From contig OX597815.1 in the NCBI GenBank assembly GCA_951406725.2, forward strand, positions 33,666,001-33,730,000: a DNA stretch of 64,000 nt, written 5' to 3'. Source of the DNA: Octopus vulgaris (taxonomy: Eukaryota). This document shows, piece after piece, positions 61,141 to 64,000 of the stretch (positions are counted from its first letter, which is position 1; each line of letters starts with the position of its first letter). The position numbers were made by a program, and so were the translations under genes. The notes beneath the pieces are model-generated. The model did no database searches. It was not told where the DNA came from and saw nothing but the letters and a program-made list of their open reading frames with translations.

Positions 61141-64000
61141 ATATATATGTTATGAGTGGTTTGTGTTGATTGTTGCCATGCTTATTTAGAGTTTAGCTAG
61201 AGATACAGCATCAGACAGAGAACACCATCTGTCAATAAAAAAATTTATCAACCTGTTTCAGAAACTTAATTAAAAACTTCAAGTTACTTATCGTACTGTT
61301 CTTATTAAGAGTGGCTTTCTGTTGAGTTAAACTATTGTAACCAAATGAAGTATAAGAAACTGCAGTATGAAATGACTGAAATACTGCTATTTATGTAACA
61401 AAAGGAAACATAATATAGATGTTGTGTTTCCAAGTAACCTCGGTCTGTTTTTCTTGGGTAGACCTGTAGCAAAGATGTAAAGCAGTAACTCATCTGCTTA
61501 ACAAATATTATCTTTTGAACTGTTTCACTTTCAAGTATAATCTATACGAGTTGAATCTTCAAAAGTGCACCCCAAGAACAATCTTTGTACTTGAAATTAT
61601 AAAATAACATTTCATTTGCTAAAATGGTTGTACTAAGTATAATTTTTAAGCTTCTACATGTATATAAATCCTAATATTAATAAGACAGATCAATGTAAAT
61701 GGTTGTCTTCCACAGTGTAGTGCTAAATGCCTTTCAGTGATTAGTTTCATACATCTGAGTGTCAGGTTCCAATCTCAAAGGACTCAAGTTATCTTTTCAC
61801 CACTTTTGAATTAATTTGAGTACCACTAATATATCAGTATCAGTTCTGTTCACCATATCAGTCTTTCACCACAACTGACTTTGTGTTTGCTAAGACTTCA
61901 ATATTTATAGAAAAAAATAACCAATTTTTGAAATTTTGTTTTTATCAATTTTGCATTAATTTATACTATGTCATAGTTGAACCTACCTCTGGCATGCAAA
62001 TCATTTTGGCTGGGGTTTTTTTTCATTTTTTAAAGCATGATAACACAAAAAGTGCAATGGTTGACTCACATCAAGCCTTGGGCATGTTGATCTGAACCAA
62101 AACACCTTGCTCAGCTCTTGATTTAAAAAATAATAATCTATTCAATTTATTCTCAACATTTGTAACACATTCTTTTCCCTGCCATCCTGTGTGTATGTAG
62201 GTGACAAATTATAAGTTTGTTTGTATACATGTTGTGCATGTGAGTGTGTGCTTTTATAGATAAGATTAAGAAAATGATATATAAAAAATAGTCTTGATTT
62301 GATAAATGATCCTAGCTACTCCCCATATCACCCCTCCCTCTCTCAAAAAAAATCAGGTTTTAGAATGCTCACTACATATAGTATAGTTTAAAATATATAT
62401 TAATAATTTAATATAAATAGTCTTTATTAGCAGGGTAGGTTATGAAACATAATCCCCGATTTAAATATCTGAGTGAATGATGTAGTATGTACAAAAGATA
62501 TTCTTGCAGTTAGAATACCCAGGCATTTTTAACAATGCCTTAACTGCATTTCAATAGATGTTATGCTTGTGAATACATTTATACAATTCTGTTTATTATG
62601 AAATTCTCTTCCACTCTAAAGCCCTAATGCTTCTGGGACTGGCCTGTTTTTATTTATTTTCCATTCCCACTATTCATCCAAGTGGCTGTGATAGGAAAGG
62701 TATATCTCTGTGGCAATATAACTGCAGACTTATTAGAGGGTTGAATAGAATGCCTTGTTGTATTTGTTCCAATTCTCTACACTCTAAGTTCAGATCCTGT
62801 CAATATCAACTTTACTTTTTGTCCTTTGGTGATTGATAAAGAAAAATATCAGTCCAGGGTGGTTGATTAGTGGGATTGTTGGAAGGTTTGGTGCAATACT
62901 TTGAGGTACCTGCTCCAACTCCTTGTATTCTGGCTAGATTGTCTGCTGTGACCCTGGTACCAAGCTGTTTCAGCCCAGATCAGAGAAGCGTTGATAATAT
63001 AAAGTAAAGCAAGCTTTAGACTCCATCACACCACTGCATGTAATTCTGATGAATTTGGTTTAGTCAAATTCATAAACTACCACTGTTAAGTAGCCATACC
63101 CTTTCACCCACACATGAAATTAGGTAGGAATATAAACCAATCTACAATACAGTAAGTGATTGAAAAAGAGCATGAACAAACTGAAATCGAATTTAATGAT
63201 GACAATGATATTAATTGGCCTTTAGTTCTCTGGAAGGCCTCAACAACAAATTATTTTATTTGAAGATATGTGCAATATATAAATTTATCTAGCATTAAGA
63301 TAAATTTACTTTTATTTCCATTGGTTAATTTCAGATTAAAATTCCCTATCTTAATACTGCTTCAGTATTTCTTTTTGGTAATTTCTTTTTCTTCTGAAAA
63401 CAAAATCTTGTCAAAATACATTTATTTCAATTCTTTAACAATATTGCCTCTTCCCTGCAGAAAGATGATGAAGAAGAGGTTTTTACATTTTAGTCAGAGC
63501 AACCAAAATCCATTTCTTTTGATAGCTATAACCATGCATGTTTGAGACTATGGTACCATGTTTTATAGTAACAGAGGAGCATGGATCTAAGTTTCAAAGT
63601 TCCATTTGGAATAGAACCACCCCAGGATATCATACTTCACCAAATAGATCAAAATTCAACAAGAAACCAATAAACCTTTTGCTAGCTTCGAAGATATTTT
63701 TGTCTAGTAAATGGGTTTTAAGTTTGTGCAGATAGAAATAAGTTGTCTAATTAAGTGTTGTTTGGTTTATTTCATCTTAATCAATATCTACACTCCATGT
63801 ATTGACCACTTTTACAAGTGTCCATCTGCCTTGATTGAACTTTCATCCCTACTAATTATCAACTAACATTGTAATTGGAATATGCTTATGTTGTTGTTGT
63901 TGATGTTGTAATATATATATATATGAGTAAGACAGACCTAATAATTTCATTACAGGATTAATTTTTATCTCTTTTTATTATTTAGAAGGTAATTGAAGGG

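Overview
AT-rich eukaryotic genomic DNA, most likely an octopus or other coleoid cephalopod (inferred from the SINE/RTE repeat families and microsatellite load, recalled from memory). The window lies inside one + strand gene, DIP2 (disco-interacting protein 2, DIP2C-like). I traced 32 consecutive GT-AG exons from 4848 to 56839. They total 3493 nt (1164 codons + 1 nt), are phase-consistent with no stops, and encode the first adenylate-forming (fatty-acyl-AMP-ligase-like) domain and most of the second. The N-terminal and last exons lie outside the window. Introns hold two tRNA-derived SINE families, RTE LINE fragments and 3' tails, two dead Tc1/mariner elements, TTAA-type MITEs, Penelope-like debris and microsatellites. 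The most interesting unexplained signals are: (i) in-frame candidate cassette exons, best 17165-17209; (ii) fold-back palindromes beside (TA)n tracts, two with hammerhead-ribozyme-like cores at the fold, plus a ~360-nt intronic hairpin; (iii) codons where A-to-G would restore the residue I recall in other DIP2 proteins, i.e. candidate A-to-I recoding sites. All family assignments come from motif recognition by eye; no database search was run.
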